From contig CAKPMN010000002.1 of the NCBI GenBank assembly GCA_934168005.1, positions 13,876 to 77,875 on the forward strand: a stretch of 64,000 bases of DNA, in the 5' to 3' direction. Below the pieces are notes generated by a model. The model saw nothing but the letters and a program-made list of their open reading frames with translations, searched no databases and was not told where the DNA came from. This stretch comes from an uncultured Bacilli bacterium. Its GTDB lineage: Bacteria > Bacillota_I > Bacilli_A > RF39 > UBA660. Positions 48,904-59,204 of the stretch are shown piece after piece. Each line of letters starts with the position of its first letter. Within the stretch, counting starts at the first letter, position 1. A program made the position numbers and the translations under genes.

Positions 48904-49644
48904 ATGTATTTAATAGTTATAATTATTATCGTTTTATTATGTTCAATAAGACAAATAAATGAATATGAAAGAGGTATCAAATTTACTTGTGGTAAATTTA
49001 CAGGAATAGTAAATCCAGGATGGAAATTAGTATTTCCAATATTTCAGAGTTTAAGAAAAGTAGATGTTAGAACAAAAGCAGTAGATGTTCCAGAACAAGA
49101 AGCAATAACAAAAGACAACGTATCAATAAAAATAAATGCAGTAATCTATTACAAAGTATTTGATGCATCAAAAGCAGTATTAGCTGTAGAAAACTTCTAT
49201 TATGCAGTTAGTCAATTGGCACAAACAACAATGCGTAATGCAGTAGGATCTGTTTCATTAGATGAACTATTAGGAGAAAGAGAAAAGATCTCAACAGAAA
49301 TTTGTAAAATAATAGATGCAGCTACAGATGCATGGGGAATAAAAGTTGAAAATGTCGAATTAAAAGATATCGCACTACCAGAAGAAATGAAAAGAGTTAT
49401 AGCAAAAGTAGCAGAAGCCGAAAGAGAAAAAGAAGCAGTTATAACAAAAGCAAGAGGAGAAGTAGAAGCATCAGAGAATTTAGCTAAAGCAGCCGAAACA
49501 ATGAGCAATTCTCCAGGAGCATTACATTTAAGAACATTATCAACAATAAACGATATATCATCAGATCAGTCAAATACAATAGTTTTTGCTATTCCACTTG
49601 AAGTATTACGCGCTATGGAAAGCATGAGCTCAAAAGAAAAGTAG
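48904..49644 (+). CDS. SPFH/band-7 (stomatin/prohibitin-like) membrane protein
   Basis: N-terminal TM, EYERGIKFTCGKF, and Ala/Glu-rich coiled-coil tail typical of slipins. Confidence 0.8.
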   Translation: MYLIVIIIIVLLCSIRQINEYERGIKFTCGKFTGIVNPGWKLVFPIFQSLRKVDVRTKAVDVPEQEAITKDNVSIKINAVIYYKVFDASKAVLAVENFYYAVSQLAQTTMRNAVGSVSLDELLGEREKISTEICKIIDAATDAWGIKVENVELKDIALPEEMKRVIAKVAEAEREKEAVITKARGEVEASENLAKAAETMSNSPGALHLRTLSTINDISSDQSNTIVFAIPLEVLRAMESMSSKEK

Positions 49645-49699
49645 TAATACTTTTTTTTTATTGTTCTTTTTGATATAATATTTTAAAGTAGGTGGTCAG

Positions 49700-50413
49700 A
49701 TGTTTAAAGTAGCAATTTTTTCAGATATTCATGGAAACCAAGAAGCTTTAGAATCAATTCTATCTAGTATTGAAAAAGAAGAATATGATGAAATAATATG
49801 TTTAGGAGATGTAATAGGACTTGGCCCATCACCAAGAGAATGCTTAGACATTATAAGAAATAATAATATAAAAATGGTTTTAGGAAATCATGAACGTTAT
49901 TACTTAAATGGTGTACACAATGAACAAAAGATGAGTGAAGAAGAAAAAGAATACCATCGATGGGTAAGAGACTTTTTAGGTAATGATTTTGAAGATTTCT
50001 TATCAAAAAAAGATATAGATATAACAATAACTGTAGATGATAAAAAAATAGGATTTATGCATTATCCATTTGATAGAGTAACTGAAAATTTTTATTCTCC
50101 AAGAGTATTAACAGAAGATAATGTTAAGCTATTATTTAGAAATTATACAAATCAATTTAATTTTTTTGGCCATTCTCACTCAGAACAGTTCTTTAAAGAT
50201 AGTAATGACTTTGTATATGTAAATGTTGGAAGCTCTGGTTGTACAAATAATGATATAACAAGTTATACAGTATTAGAATATGATGGAAAAGATTATAAAG
50301 TTTATAAGAAAAAATGTATATATGATAGAGATAAATTTCTAGAAAAATTAAAACAAATAAATTTTCCAGAAAAAAAGAATATCGTCAAAGTATTCTTTGG
50401 AGTAGATATATGA
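49700..50413 (+). CDS. Calcineurin-like metallophosphoesterase (YfcE/MJ0936-like)
   Basis: VAIFSDIHGN, CLGDVIGLGP, GNHE. Confidence 0.75.
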   Translation: MFKVAIFSDIHGNQEALESILSSIEKEEYDEIICLGDVIGLGPSPRECLDIIRNNNIKMVLGNHERYYLNGVHNEQKMSEEEKEYHRWVRDFLGNDFEDFLSKKDIDITITVDDKKIGFMHYPFDRVTENFYSPRVLTEDNVKLLFRNYTNQFNFFGHSHSEQFFKDSNDFVYVNVGSSGCTNNDITSYTVLEYDGKDYKVYKKKCIYDRDKFLEKLKQINFPEKKNIVKVFFGVDI

Positions 50414-51540
50414 TAACATTTGATTTCGAGACATATATGAAAAAGCCAACAAAAGAAGTAGATGTACAAAATCTAATAGAGAAGTTAAAACAAGATGAAT
50501 TAAATGCTTGGTATGAATCTTTAGAAGAAACATATAGTATAAAAAATCTAGCAAATAATATAAGAGACAACTTTGATGTATTTTTAGTAATCGGAATAGG
50601 TGGTTCAATATTAGGATCAAAAGGAATAATAGAAGCGCTAACACCATATATAAATTCCAAAAAAATAATATATGTAGGAAATAATTTATCAAGTGAATAT
50701 ATAAATGAAGTCATTGAATATATAAAAGATAAAAAAGTTTTTGCAAATGTTATATCAAAATCAGGCGATACAATAGAGGTCAATATTGCATTTGAATTAC
50801 TTTACCCATATTTAGAAAAAGAAAATATTTTAATAACTACATCAGGTGGAAAACTTTATGAGGCATCTTTAAAAGAAGGAATAAAAGTGCTTCCTTTTCC
50901 TAAAAATGTTGGAGGAAGATATTCTGTATTTAAAATATCAAGCTTACTACCAATATCGGTTGCAAAAATAGATATAATAGAGCTTTTAAAAGGAGCAGAA
51001 AAAGCAAAGACAGATATTAAAAATATCAAAAAATATTTGGAAATAAGGCAGTCTTTTTATGATGAAGGGTATAGTGTTGAATTTATAAACGTATATGAAC
51101 CAAAATTAGCCAGTCTAATTGAGTGTATAGAACAAATACTAGCAGAAACACAAGGAAAAGAAAATAAAGGATTATTACCAGTCTCAGTAGTAAATACGGG
51201 AAAACTACATTCTTTAGGGCAATATATAGAAGAGGGAAAAAATATAGGATTTGAAACAACTATACTAGTAGAAAACACCAATGATATCTTTGTTAAAAGT
51301 TATAATAAAAATCTAAATCAAATTAATACACTAGCAGCAACAAGTGTAGCTAAATCACATTTTATAAAGAATAGATACACATCACTTATAAAATTAGATA
51401 AATTAAATGAATATAATATAGGATATCTAATAATGTTTTATATGATGATATCTTCACTTGGAAGCTACCTTTTAGATGTAAATTATTATGATCAACCAGG
51501 TGTTAGTAAATATAAAGAAATATTATCTCAAAATTTATAA
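50410..51540 (+). CDS. Short-form glucose-6-phosphate isomerase family protein (SIS domains)
   Basis: IGIGGSILGSK and PGI signature-like KNVGGRYSVF. Start ATG overlaps upstream stop (ATGA). Confidence 0.55.
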   Translation: MITFDFETYMKKPTKEVDVQNLIEKLKQDELNAWYESLEETYSIKNLANNIRDNFDVFLVIGIGGSILGSKGIIEALTPYINSKKIIYVGNNLSSEYINEVIEYIKDKKVFANVISKSGDTIEVNIAFELLYPYLEKENILITTSGGKLYEASLKEGIKVLPFPKNVGGRYSVFKISSLLPISVAKIDIIELLKGAEKAKTDIKNIKKYLEIRQSFYDEGYSVEFINVYEPKLASLIECIEQILAETQGKENKGLLPVSVVNTGKLHSLGQYIEEGKNIGFETTILVENTNDIFVKSYNKNLNQINTLAATSVAKSHFIKNRYTSLIKLDKLNEYNIGYLIMFYMMISSLGSYLLDVNYYDQPGVSKYKEILSQNL

Positions 51541-51615
51541 TTTTGAGATTTTTTAATGATAAAAAATATTGAAAGAAAAACATAAATTTGATAAACTTTT
51601 ATAAAGTAGTAGGAT

Positions 51616-52131
51616 GTGAAAAAATTGAAGAAAGTAGTAATATCAGTAATAGTAGTAACAATAGTATTTATATCATTATTTATATGTGCATTCAAAGCAT
51701 TAAAAAAAGATAAAAAGAATTCAGAATTAAAAGAAATAGAAGTAAATGAGTACTATAAATCATTTAATGAAACAGCCAGTAATTTCAATAATCAAGAAGA
51801 AAAATATAAAGAAATAATAGAAAATATTTACTATTCAACAGTAAAAGATGAAAAAGAAAAACTATTAAAAACAATAAAAGAATATGATGAAACATTAACA
51901 AAACTAACACAAGAAAAAGAAGAATTAGAAAAAAGATGTAATATATATTATGAAAATATTGAAACAAGAAAAAAATGTGATTCATATAAGATTAGCTATG
52001 AACAAGCAAAACAAGTATTTAAAAATGACATAAAATTATACAACAAACTTGTAGAAGAATACAATGCTTGGACGAAAACTAAGAATATAAACGATTCATT
52101 AGAAAAATATAAAACTAAAAATATAGAATAG
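51616..52131 (+). CDS. Hypothetical membrane-anchored coiled-coil protein
   Basis: N-terminal TM then K/E-rich heptad-like sequence. No known motif. Confidence 0.4.
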   Translation: MKKLKKVVISVIVVTIVFISLFICAFKALKKDKKNSELKEIEVNEYYKSFNETASNFNNQEEKYKEIIENIYYSTVKDEKEKLLKTIKEYDETLTKLTQEKEELEKRCNIYYENIETRKKCDSYKISYEQAKQVFKNDIKLYNKLVEEYNAWTKTKNINDSLEKYKTKNIE

Positions 52132-52139
52132 AGGTATAT

Positions 52140-53567
52140 ATGAAACCTTATATAACAGAAAAAGAAGAAGAAAAGATAGAATACACAAATAGTATTCTAA
52201 TACCAGAAGAAATGTTAGTAGATAATAGTAAGCCGGAAAAAAAAGAACAGCCGAAAGAAGAAATAAAAGAAATAGAGTTTGTAGATATAGAAGAACCAAT
52301 TTTAGAAGAAGAATCGCCAAAAAAATCATATAAAAGAGTAATTATGTCAATGATAATCCCACTACTATTAGCTATAATAATAGTGGGAATAAATAGTGAT
52401 AATTTAATAAAATTACCAATTCTTATACTAACAGTAGCGCTATTAATAATACTATTGATATTAACAGTAAAATCAAAAAAATCAGAATTAAACAAAGTTT
52501 CTAAAATATTATATAGACTATTTATGGCAATATATATATCATCTGAGTTAGCTGTGTTATTTTTACTTTATGGGCCATATACCAATTTCAAAAATTGGCT
52601 TATAACAACAGCTATGACAACAATGAATCATCAATACTTAGCCACTTGGTTTTATAATAATGAAGAAATAGAAAAAGTATTATCAAAAAATACAATTATA
52701 GAATCAAAAGAAGATAGTAATTTAAATCTAATAACAGTAGGTAAAGCAGATTTTACAACTACGTTTTATGAAAATAAATATGAAAAAGAAATATTGCAAA
52801 AAGATGAAGGTAATGATCTATACAAAATAATCAAGATTACTGGAAAAGGATATAATGGATATTTAGTTGCAATATATGATCCTTCAAGAATAAAAGTAGC
52901 GACAACACAATACTTAAATATAAGAGGAGAATATGTCACTGACATGGCCAAAAAAAGCGATGCCATATTAGCTATAAATGGAGGAGGATTTGTAGATCCA
53001 AATTATAGTAGTAATGGTGGAACACCACAAGGAGTAGTTATAAAAGATTCAAAAATAGTATCAGATAGACCATATACAAAAGCTGGTGGAATAATAGGTA
53101 TCACCAAAGATAATAAATTGATACTAGGACACATGTCATCAAGTGAAGCATTAAAAAAGAATGTAAGAGATGCCGTTAGTTTTGGACCATTTTTAATCGT
53201 AAATGGAGTTAAATCATTTGTGTCAGGAAATGGCGGATGGGGAACTGCTCCAAGAACTGCAATAGGACAAAGAAAAGACGGAATAATGCTATTCTTAGTA
53301 CTCAATGGAAGAACACTAAAAACACCAGGTGCAGATATGAATGACCTAACAGAAATAATGAGCAATTACGGCGCTTATAATGCTTCTAATTTAGATGGAG
53401 GAACATCAAGTGTATTAGTATTTAAAGAAGAAATAGCTAAAAAATATCTAACAGATTCAGAGTTAAAAACACACTGTAACAATTCATATTGCTATATAAA
53501 TGATCCAATAGATGGTGGGGGAAACCACGAAACAAGATGGATTTCAACATCAATAATAGTAAAGTAG
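52140..53567 (+). CDS. Phosphodiester glycosidase (NAGPA-domain) family protein with N-terminal multi-TM region
   Basis: C-terminal domain with YNASNLDGGTSSVL and ILAINGGGF motifs. Confidence 0.65.
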   Translation: MKPYITEKEEEKIEYTNSILIPEEMLVDNSKPEKKEQPKEEIKEIEFVDIEEPILEEESPKKSYKRVIMSMIIPLLLAIIIVGINSDNLIKLPILILTVALLIILLILTVKSKKSELNKVSKILYRLFMAIYISSELAVLFLLYGPYTNFKNWLITTAMTTMNHQYLATWFYNNEEIEKVLSKNTIIESKEDSNLNLITVGKADFTTTFYENKYEKEILQKDEGNDLYKIIKITGKGYNGYLVAIYDPSRIKVATTQYLNIRGEYVTDMAKKSDAILAINGGGFVDPNYSSNGGTPQGVVIKDSKIVSDRPYTKAGGIIGITKDNKLILGHMSSSEALKKNVRDAVSFGPFLIVNGVKSFVSGNGGWGTAPRTAIGQRKDGIMLFLVLNGRTLKTPGADMNDLTEIMSNYGAYNASNLDGGTSSVLVFKEEIAKKYLTDSELKTHCNNSYCYINDPIDGGGNHETRWISTSIIVK

Positions 53568-53656
53568 GTATTCCTACTTTTTTTGTCGATAAAATTAAAT
53601 CAAAAAAAATTCTAATCAAAAAAATACCTAATATAGTTTTACTATAGGAGGTATAT

Positions 53657-56263
53657 ATGGAAATATTAAATGGATTAACAGAAGAAGAAGTGCAAGAATC
53701 TATAAAAAAGCATGGAATAAACAAAATAGATTCTAGAGAAGAAACTACATTTTTTAAGAAGTTTATAGAATCTTTAGGAGACCCAATAATTAGAATACTT
53801 TTAATAGCTTTAGGAATAAAATTATTATTTTTGATAAAAGATTTTGATTGGTATGAAACTATTGGAATAGTAATAGCTATATTTGTTGCATCATTTATAT
53901 CAACTATATCAGAGTATGGAAGCGAAAAAGCCTTTATTAAATTGCAAGATGAAGCTTCAAAAATTAAATGTAAAGTTAAAAGAAATAATAAGCCAGAAGA
54001 AATAACTATAGAAGAAGTAGTTGTTGGAGATATTATAAAATTATCAGCAGGAGATAAAATACCTGCGGATGGGATACTAGTAAAAGGTAATATAAGTGTA
54101 GATGAATCATCATTAAATGGAGAAGCTAGAGAAATATATAAAGAACCTGTAAAAAACTATGTAACAGATAAAAATAAGTTATATAGAGGAACAGTAGTAT
54201 ATTCAAAAGAAGGATATATGAAAGTAACAAAAGTTGGAAATGATACAATGTATGGAAAACTCGCAAAAGAATTACAAGAAAAAACAGGAGATAGCCCATT
54301 AAAGATAAAATTAACACATTTAGCTAAATTAATAAGTAAGATAGGATATATAGGAGCCTTCTTAGTAACTGTATCATATCTATTTTCTGTTATCGTAATT
54401 CAAAATAACTTTGAATTAGATAAAATTGTTAGTACATTAACCAATTTTCCTTATATTCTAGGACAAGTTTTATATGCATTAACACTTTGTGTTACTGTAA
54501 TAGTAGTAGCGGTTCCAGAAGGATTACCAATGATGATAACATTAGTATTATCATCAAATATGAAAAGAATGTTAAAAAATAATGTATTAGTACGAAAATT
54601 AGTGGGAATAGAGACTGCAGGTAGTTTAAACATACTATTTACAGATAAAACAGGAACATTAACAAAAGGTAAATTAGAAGTTGTATCATATATCTCACCA
54701 AATTTAAAAGAGTTTTTAAATGAAGCAGAATTATCAAAATATAAAAAATTATACGAATATGTAAAAAATAATATTATTTATAATAATGAATGTGAATATA
54801 GTGAAAATAAATATATAGGTGGAAACATAACAGACAAAGCTTTATTAAAGTTTATAAAGACAGATAAAGAAAAAAAACATAAGATATTAAAAGAAATGCC
54901 TTTTGATAGTAAGAATAAATATTCTTATGTACAAGTGGATATAGAAGGTAAAAAGAAATTTATCAAAGGAGCCCCAGAAAAAATAATAGAATCATCAACT
55001 GAGTACTTAGATGAATTTGGAATAAAAAGAAGATTTATTAATAAAGAAAAAATAAAAGATGAGATAAAGAAATATACCAAAAATGGAATAAGAGTTTTAG
55101 CGTTATCAGTAGATGAACACTATGAACAAAAAGACGGAATAGATAATTCATGTTTTATAGGATTTGCTCTAATAAAAGATGAAATAAAAGAAGAAGCAGT
55201 AGAGGGAGTAAAACTAGTTAATAATGCTGGAATACAAGTAGTAATGATAACAGGAGATAATAAAGATACAGCAATGGAAATAGCTAGAGAAACAAATATA
55301 TTAAAAGAAGATGGGCTAGTATTAACCAGTGATGAATTCAATAAGTTAACAGATGATGAAGTTAAAAAAATATTGCCAAGACTTAATGTATTAGCTAGAG
55401 CATTACCCCTAGATAAAAGTAGATTAGTTAAGCTAAGTAAAGAATTAGATCTTGTGGTTGGAATGACAGGAGATGGGGTAAATGATGCTCCTGCACTAAA
55501 ACAAGCAGACGTTGGTTTTGCAATGGGAAGTGGAACAGAAGTATCAAAAGAAGCAAGTGATATAGTAATACTAGATGACAATCTATTATCAATAGCTAAG
55601 GCTGTATTATTTGGAAGAACAATTTTTAAAAGTATAAGAAAATTTATAATAGTTCAATTGAGCATAAACTTCTGCGCATTAAGTCTATCAATATTAGGAC
55701 CATTTGTAGGAATAAAAACACCAGTAACAGTAGTACAAATGTTATGGATAAATATGGTTATGGATACATTAGCAGGCCTAGCATTCGCATTTGAACCTCC
55801 GCTTTTAGAATATATGAAAGAAAAGCCAAAATCAAAATGTGAATCAATTATTAATAGATACATGGCTTCATCAATTATATCGACAAGCGTATATGCTTCA
55901 ATATTATGTTTTATATTTTTAAAGCTACCATATCTAAGAACTATTTATCAAAGTAATGAAAGACTCATGACAGCATTTTTTGGATTATTTATATTTATTG
56001 ATATATTTAATAGTTTTAATGCCAGAACTAGCAGAATAAATATTTTTGCCAATATATTGAAAAATAAAATATTTTTAGGAATTATTATTTTTATAGCGGT
56101 AGTTCAAATATGTATGATATATTTTGGAGGAGAAGTATTTAGAACAACAGGATTAACTTTCTATGAGTTACAGATAATGATTTTGATTGCCGCAACAGTA
56201 ATACCTATAGACTGGATTCGTAAATATATTTACAAAAAAGTTTACAAGACAATAGGTGTATAA
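53657..56263 (+). CDS. Calcium-translocating P-type ATPase (PMCA/SERCA-like)
   Basis: DKTGTLT phosphorylation motif, TGDN, GDGVNDAPALK, 10 TM. Confidence 0.9.
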   Translation: MEILNGLTEEEVQESIKKHGINKIDSREETTFFKKFIESLGDPIIRILLIALGIKLLFLIKDFDWYETIGIVIAIFVASFISTISEYGSEKAFIKLQDEASKIKCKVKRNNKPEEITIEEVVVGDIIKLSAGDKIPADGILVKGNISVDESSLNGEAREIYKEPVKNYVTDKNKLYRGTVVYSKEGYMKVTKVGNDTMYGKLAKELQEKTGDSPLKIKLTHLAKLISKIGYIGAFLVTVSYLFSVIVIQNNFELDKIVSTLTNFPYILGQVLYALTLCVTVIVVAVPEGLPMMITLVLSSNMKRMLKNNVLVRKLVGIETAGSLNILFTDKTGTLTKGKLEVVSYISPNLKEFLNEAELSKYKKLYEYVKNNIIYNNECEYSENKYIGGNITDKALLKFIKTDKEKKHKILKEMPFDSKNKYSYVQVDIEGKKKFIKGAPEKIIESSTEYLDEFGIKRRFINKEKIKDEIKKYTKNGIRVLALSVDEHYEQKDGIDNSCFIGFALIKDEIKEEAVEGVKLVNNAGIQVVMITGDNKDTAMEIARETNILKEDGLVLTSDEFNKLTDDEVKKILPRLNVLARALPLDKSRLVKLSKELDLVVGMTGDGVNDAPALKQADVGFAMGSGTEVSKEASDIVILDDNLLSIAKAVLFGRTIFKSIRKFIIVQLSINFCALSLSILGPFVGIKTPVTVVQMLWINMVMDTLAGLAFAFEPPLLEYMKEKPKSKCESIINRYMASSIISTSVYASILCFIFLKLPYLRTIYQSNERLMTAFFGLFIFIDIFNSFNARTSRINIFANILKNKIFLGIIIFIAVVQICMIYFGGEVFRTTGLTFYELQIMILIAATVIPIDWIRKYIYKKVYKTIGV

Positions 56264-56329
56264 TGACTAAATGTCGGTAAAAATTTGAAAAAATCTTAAA
56301 ATAGTGTATAATCAATATGAGGTGGTAAT

Positions 56330-56887
56330 ATGATTTACCTACATAATGACTTTACAAAAAGAGGATATAAAGATTATCATGTAAAAAGATTAGTAAAAGA
56401 AGGTAAACTTTATTTCATAAAAAAAGGAGTTTATTCAACAACAAAAGAGATAAACTATCTTGAATATATTACAAAAAAACATCCAAATGGAGTATTAGAT
56501 TTATGGACAGCTGCATACTGTTATGGATTTATAAAAGAAAATAAAGAACCTTATGTAATAGCTACTAAACAAAAAGATAGAAAAATTAAAGATGAAAAAA
56601 TAAAACAAATATTTATGACAGATGAACTCCATTCATTGGGATTAAATATTTTAAAGCATGATAAACTTATGCTTCAAACTTTTGATATTGAAAGATTACT
56701 TATAGAAGTAGTAAGAAATAAAACAAATATAGAATACGATACTTATAAAGAAATTATAGAAAGCTATAAAAAGATAGCTAGAGTTCTAAATAAAAGAAAA
56801 CTTCAAACATATCTTCCATATTTTAAAGATAAAAGAATACAGGAAAGAATCGAAAAAGAAGTATTTTTAAATAATATAGACAAATAG
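56330..56887 (+). CDS. Hypothetical protein, possibly AbiEi-antitoxin-like N-terminal domain
   Basis: VKRLVKEGKLYFIKKGVYS resembles the AbiEi N-terminal motif (L-x-K/R-x-G-x-L-x-R-I-x-R-G-V-Y). No adjacent AbiEii-like gene. Confidence 0.35.
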   Translation: MIYLHNDFTKRGYKDYHVKRLVKEGKLYFIKKGVYSTTKEINYLEYITKKHPNGVLDLWTAAYCYGFIKENKEPYVIATKQKDRKIKDEKIKQIFMTDELHSLGLNILKHDKLMLQTFDIERLLIEVVRNKTNIEYDTYKEIIESYKKIARVLNKRKLQTYLPYFKDKRIQERIEKEVFLNNIDK

Positions 56888-56995
56888 TGAAAAGTCACTA
56901 TTTGTAATAGCAAAAATAATATACAAGCTTTGCAAAACAAAGCTTTTTTATTGAAAATAAATGCTAAAAATGTTAATATTAATTAAGGTGAGTTT

Positions 56996-57706
56996 ATGAA
57001 GTTTGTAGTGTATGATGACCATAAGGAATTTAGAGATACAATAGAAAGTATCATTAAAAGTTTAAACTATGAAGATTCAATAATAAAACTATATAGTAAA
57101 TACGATGAAAAACTAAAAGAAGAAATAAAAAATGATCAAAAGAAAATTTATATTCTAGATATAGAAGTGCCAAATAGTATATCAGGTTTAGAGTTAGCTA
57201 GAAAAATAAGAATGACAGACTGGAAAAGTGTTATCATAATGGTAACATCACATAATGAATTAGGTTATGAAGCATTAAAATCACAAATAATGTTATTAGA
57301 TTTTATATCAAAATTTAGTCCGACATGGAAGACAAATTTAAAAAACACAATAAAGAAAGCTATGAATAAAACTAAAGAGATACCAGTCTTAATTTTAGAA
57401 ACACCAAACATGATATATAGAATTTATACAGATGATATTTTATATATCTTAAGAGATCAAGTAGAAAGAAAATGTAAAATTAAAACAATAAATGATGAAA
57501 TATATTTTCCAAAGAGTATTAAAGAGTTTAGTACTTTATTAGATGATAGATTTTTCTTAAGTCATAGAAGCTGTTATATAAATTTAAAACAAGTTAAGAA
57601 AGTAGATTTTAAAAAATTGAGAATATATTTTAATAATGGTGAATTTATAGATTACTTATCAAGAGATAAAAAGAAGGAATTGAAAGAGTATGTTAGAAAT
57701 AATTAG
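56996..57706 (+). CDS. agrA: LytTR-family response regulator (AgrA-like)
   Basis: N-terminal receiver (ILDIEVP) and C-terminal LytTR DNA-binding domain (LSHRSCYINLKQV). Confidence 0.8.
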   Translation: MKFVVYDDHKEFRDTIESIIKSLNYEDSIIKLYSKYDEKLKEEIKNDQKKIYILDIEVPNSISGLELARKIRMTDWKSVIIMVTSHNELGYEALKSQIMLLDFISKFSPTWKTNLKNTIKKAMNKTKEIPVLILETPNMIYRIYTDDILYILRDQVERKCKIKTINDEIYFPKSIKEFSTLLDDRFFLSHRSCYINLKQVKKVDFKKLRIYFNNGEFIDYLSRDKKKELKEYVRNN

Positions 57707-58976
57707 TCATTTTTTATTAGCGATAGTAACTTATTTTATGAATTGCTATATGTATTGCAAGATAAATAAAAAGAAATTTCAAATAACACCAAAATTAATA
57801 ATATTTGTAGTATTTGTCGCTATGATAAATACTTATAGTCGCCAACACTATAATTCTACAATAGACCTAGTTATTAGTAATTTAGAATTAGTTTTTTTAC
57901 TAAAATATATTTATAATGAGTCAATAATAAAAGTAATAGTTTCAGTTTTGATTATTTTAATTTTATACACATTAGGTGAATTAGTATATGCTCTAATAAC
58001 AATATATATTTTACAAATAGAAAAATTAGCTTTAACAGAAACAATATCAGGACATTGTATAACTAACCTGTCTATTTTAGCTATAGTATTGTTACTTTCT
58101 AAAAACAAAAAGATAATGGCAATATCCAATAAGATTATCAATTGGCAAAAGGATAATAAATATATAAATACTACATTATTAGTTGTTTTAGCTTTTATTA
58201 CTTTAGCGGCTTTATTATATCCAATATCTACAAATTCAAATTCTCCAAGTAGTACATTTTTATTTGTATTATTCATATTATGTACAATAATATTTGTAAC
58301 TGGATTCTTTAATGAAAAGTCAGAAAATAATAAACTTAATGAAAATTATGATACATTAATAGATTATTTAAAAGTATATGAAAAAGAAATAAATGAGAAG
58401 TCAAAATTACAACATGAGTTCAAAAATCAATTGATATTAATAAAAGAGATGGATACATCTAAAAAGGTAAAAAACTATATATCTAATTTACTTGGAGAAG
58501 ATGAAGAAACTCAAAACAAGTTATTATTATCTTCATTAAAAGATGTTCCAAATGGTGGGCTAAAGGGTCTTATATATTATAAGTTAAATCATTTATCAGA
58601 AGATGTTGAATTACATATTCATGTTGGAAGTGATATTGATCAGAAAGTTTGGGATAAGATAAATTTGAATGACGCAAGTAAGATAGTTGGTATATTACTA
58701 GATAATGCGATTGATGCGATAAATAAAGAAGATAAAAAATATTTAGTTTTAGATTTAGACGAGTGTGATGATAATCTTATATTTACTGTATCAAATTCGT
58801 GCACTAAAAAAATAGATTTTGATAATTTAGATAAAGAAGGCTATTCAACCAAAGGTAAGAATCATGGATATGGATTACCTCTTTTGAACGATATAATAAG
58901 AAAAAATAAGAATGTAAAAATTAAAAGAGAATTAAATGGAATAATGTTTTCTACAAAAATATATATGAAGATATAA
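57690..58976 (+). CDS. agrC: AgrC-like membrane sensor histidine kinase (HPK10 subfamily)
   Basis: Six or seven N-terminal TM helices. H-box HEFKNQL. GHKL ATPase motifs NAIDA, GYGLPL. Confidence 0.8.
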   Translation: MLEIISHFLLAIVTYFMNCYMYCKINKKKFQITPKLIIFVVFVAMINTYSRQHYNSTIDLVISNLELVFLLKYIYNESIIKVIVSVLIILILYTLGELVYALITIYILQIEKLALTETISGHCITNLSILAIVLLLSKNKKIMAISNKIINWQKDNKYINTTLLVVLAFITLAALLYPISTNSNSPSSTFLFVLFILCTIIFVTGFFNEKSENNKLNENYDTLIDYLKVYEKEINEKSKLQHEFKNQLILIKEMDTSKKVKNYISNLLGEDEETQNKLLLSSLKDVPNGGLKGLIYYKLNHLSEDVELHIHVGSDIDQKVWDKINLNDASKIVGILLDNAIDAINKEDKKYLVLDLDECDDNLIFTVSNSCTKKIDFDNLDKEGYSTKGKNHGYGLPLLNDIIRKNKNVKIKRELNGIMFSTKIYMKI

Positions 58977-59068
58977 AAAGAAGCCGTAATTGGCTTCTTT
59001 AACTTTTAAAGTAAAATAGTTGGAATTTACTTTATTTAGTTTGTTATGGATTATTTAAGATTTTAGGA

Positions 59069-59188
59069 CTATTTTTCAATTATGCTTCTAGGCATTTCTG
59101 GTTCATCTAGCCATAGCATTATACAACCTACATTTCCACCAATACCTAACCCAGCAATACTTTTTAGCACTCTAGCTAAGAAAGACAT
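59069..59188 (-). CDS. agrD: AgrD autoinducing-peptide precursor (39 aa), not in supplied ORF track
   Basis: Minus-strand ATG at 59188 with AAGGAG RBS. MSFLARVLKSIAGLGIGGNVGCIMLWLDEPEMPRSIIEK has amphipathic leader, single Cys, and acidic tail with Pro. Lies 16 nt downstream of agrB. Confidence 0.7.
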   Translation of the reverse strand: MSFLARVLKSIAGLGIGGNVGCIMLWLDEPEMPRSIIEK

Positions 59189-59204
59189 AGCACCACTCCT
59201 TCCA

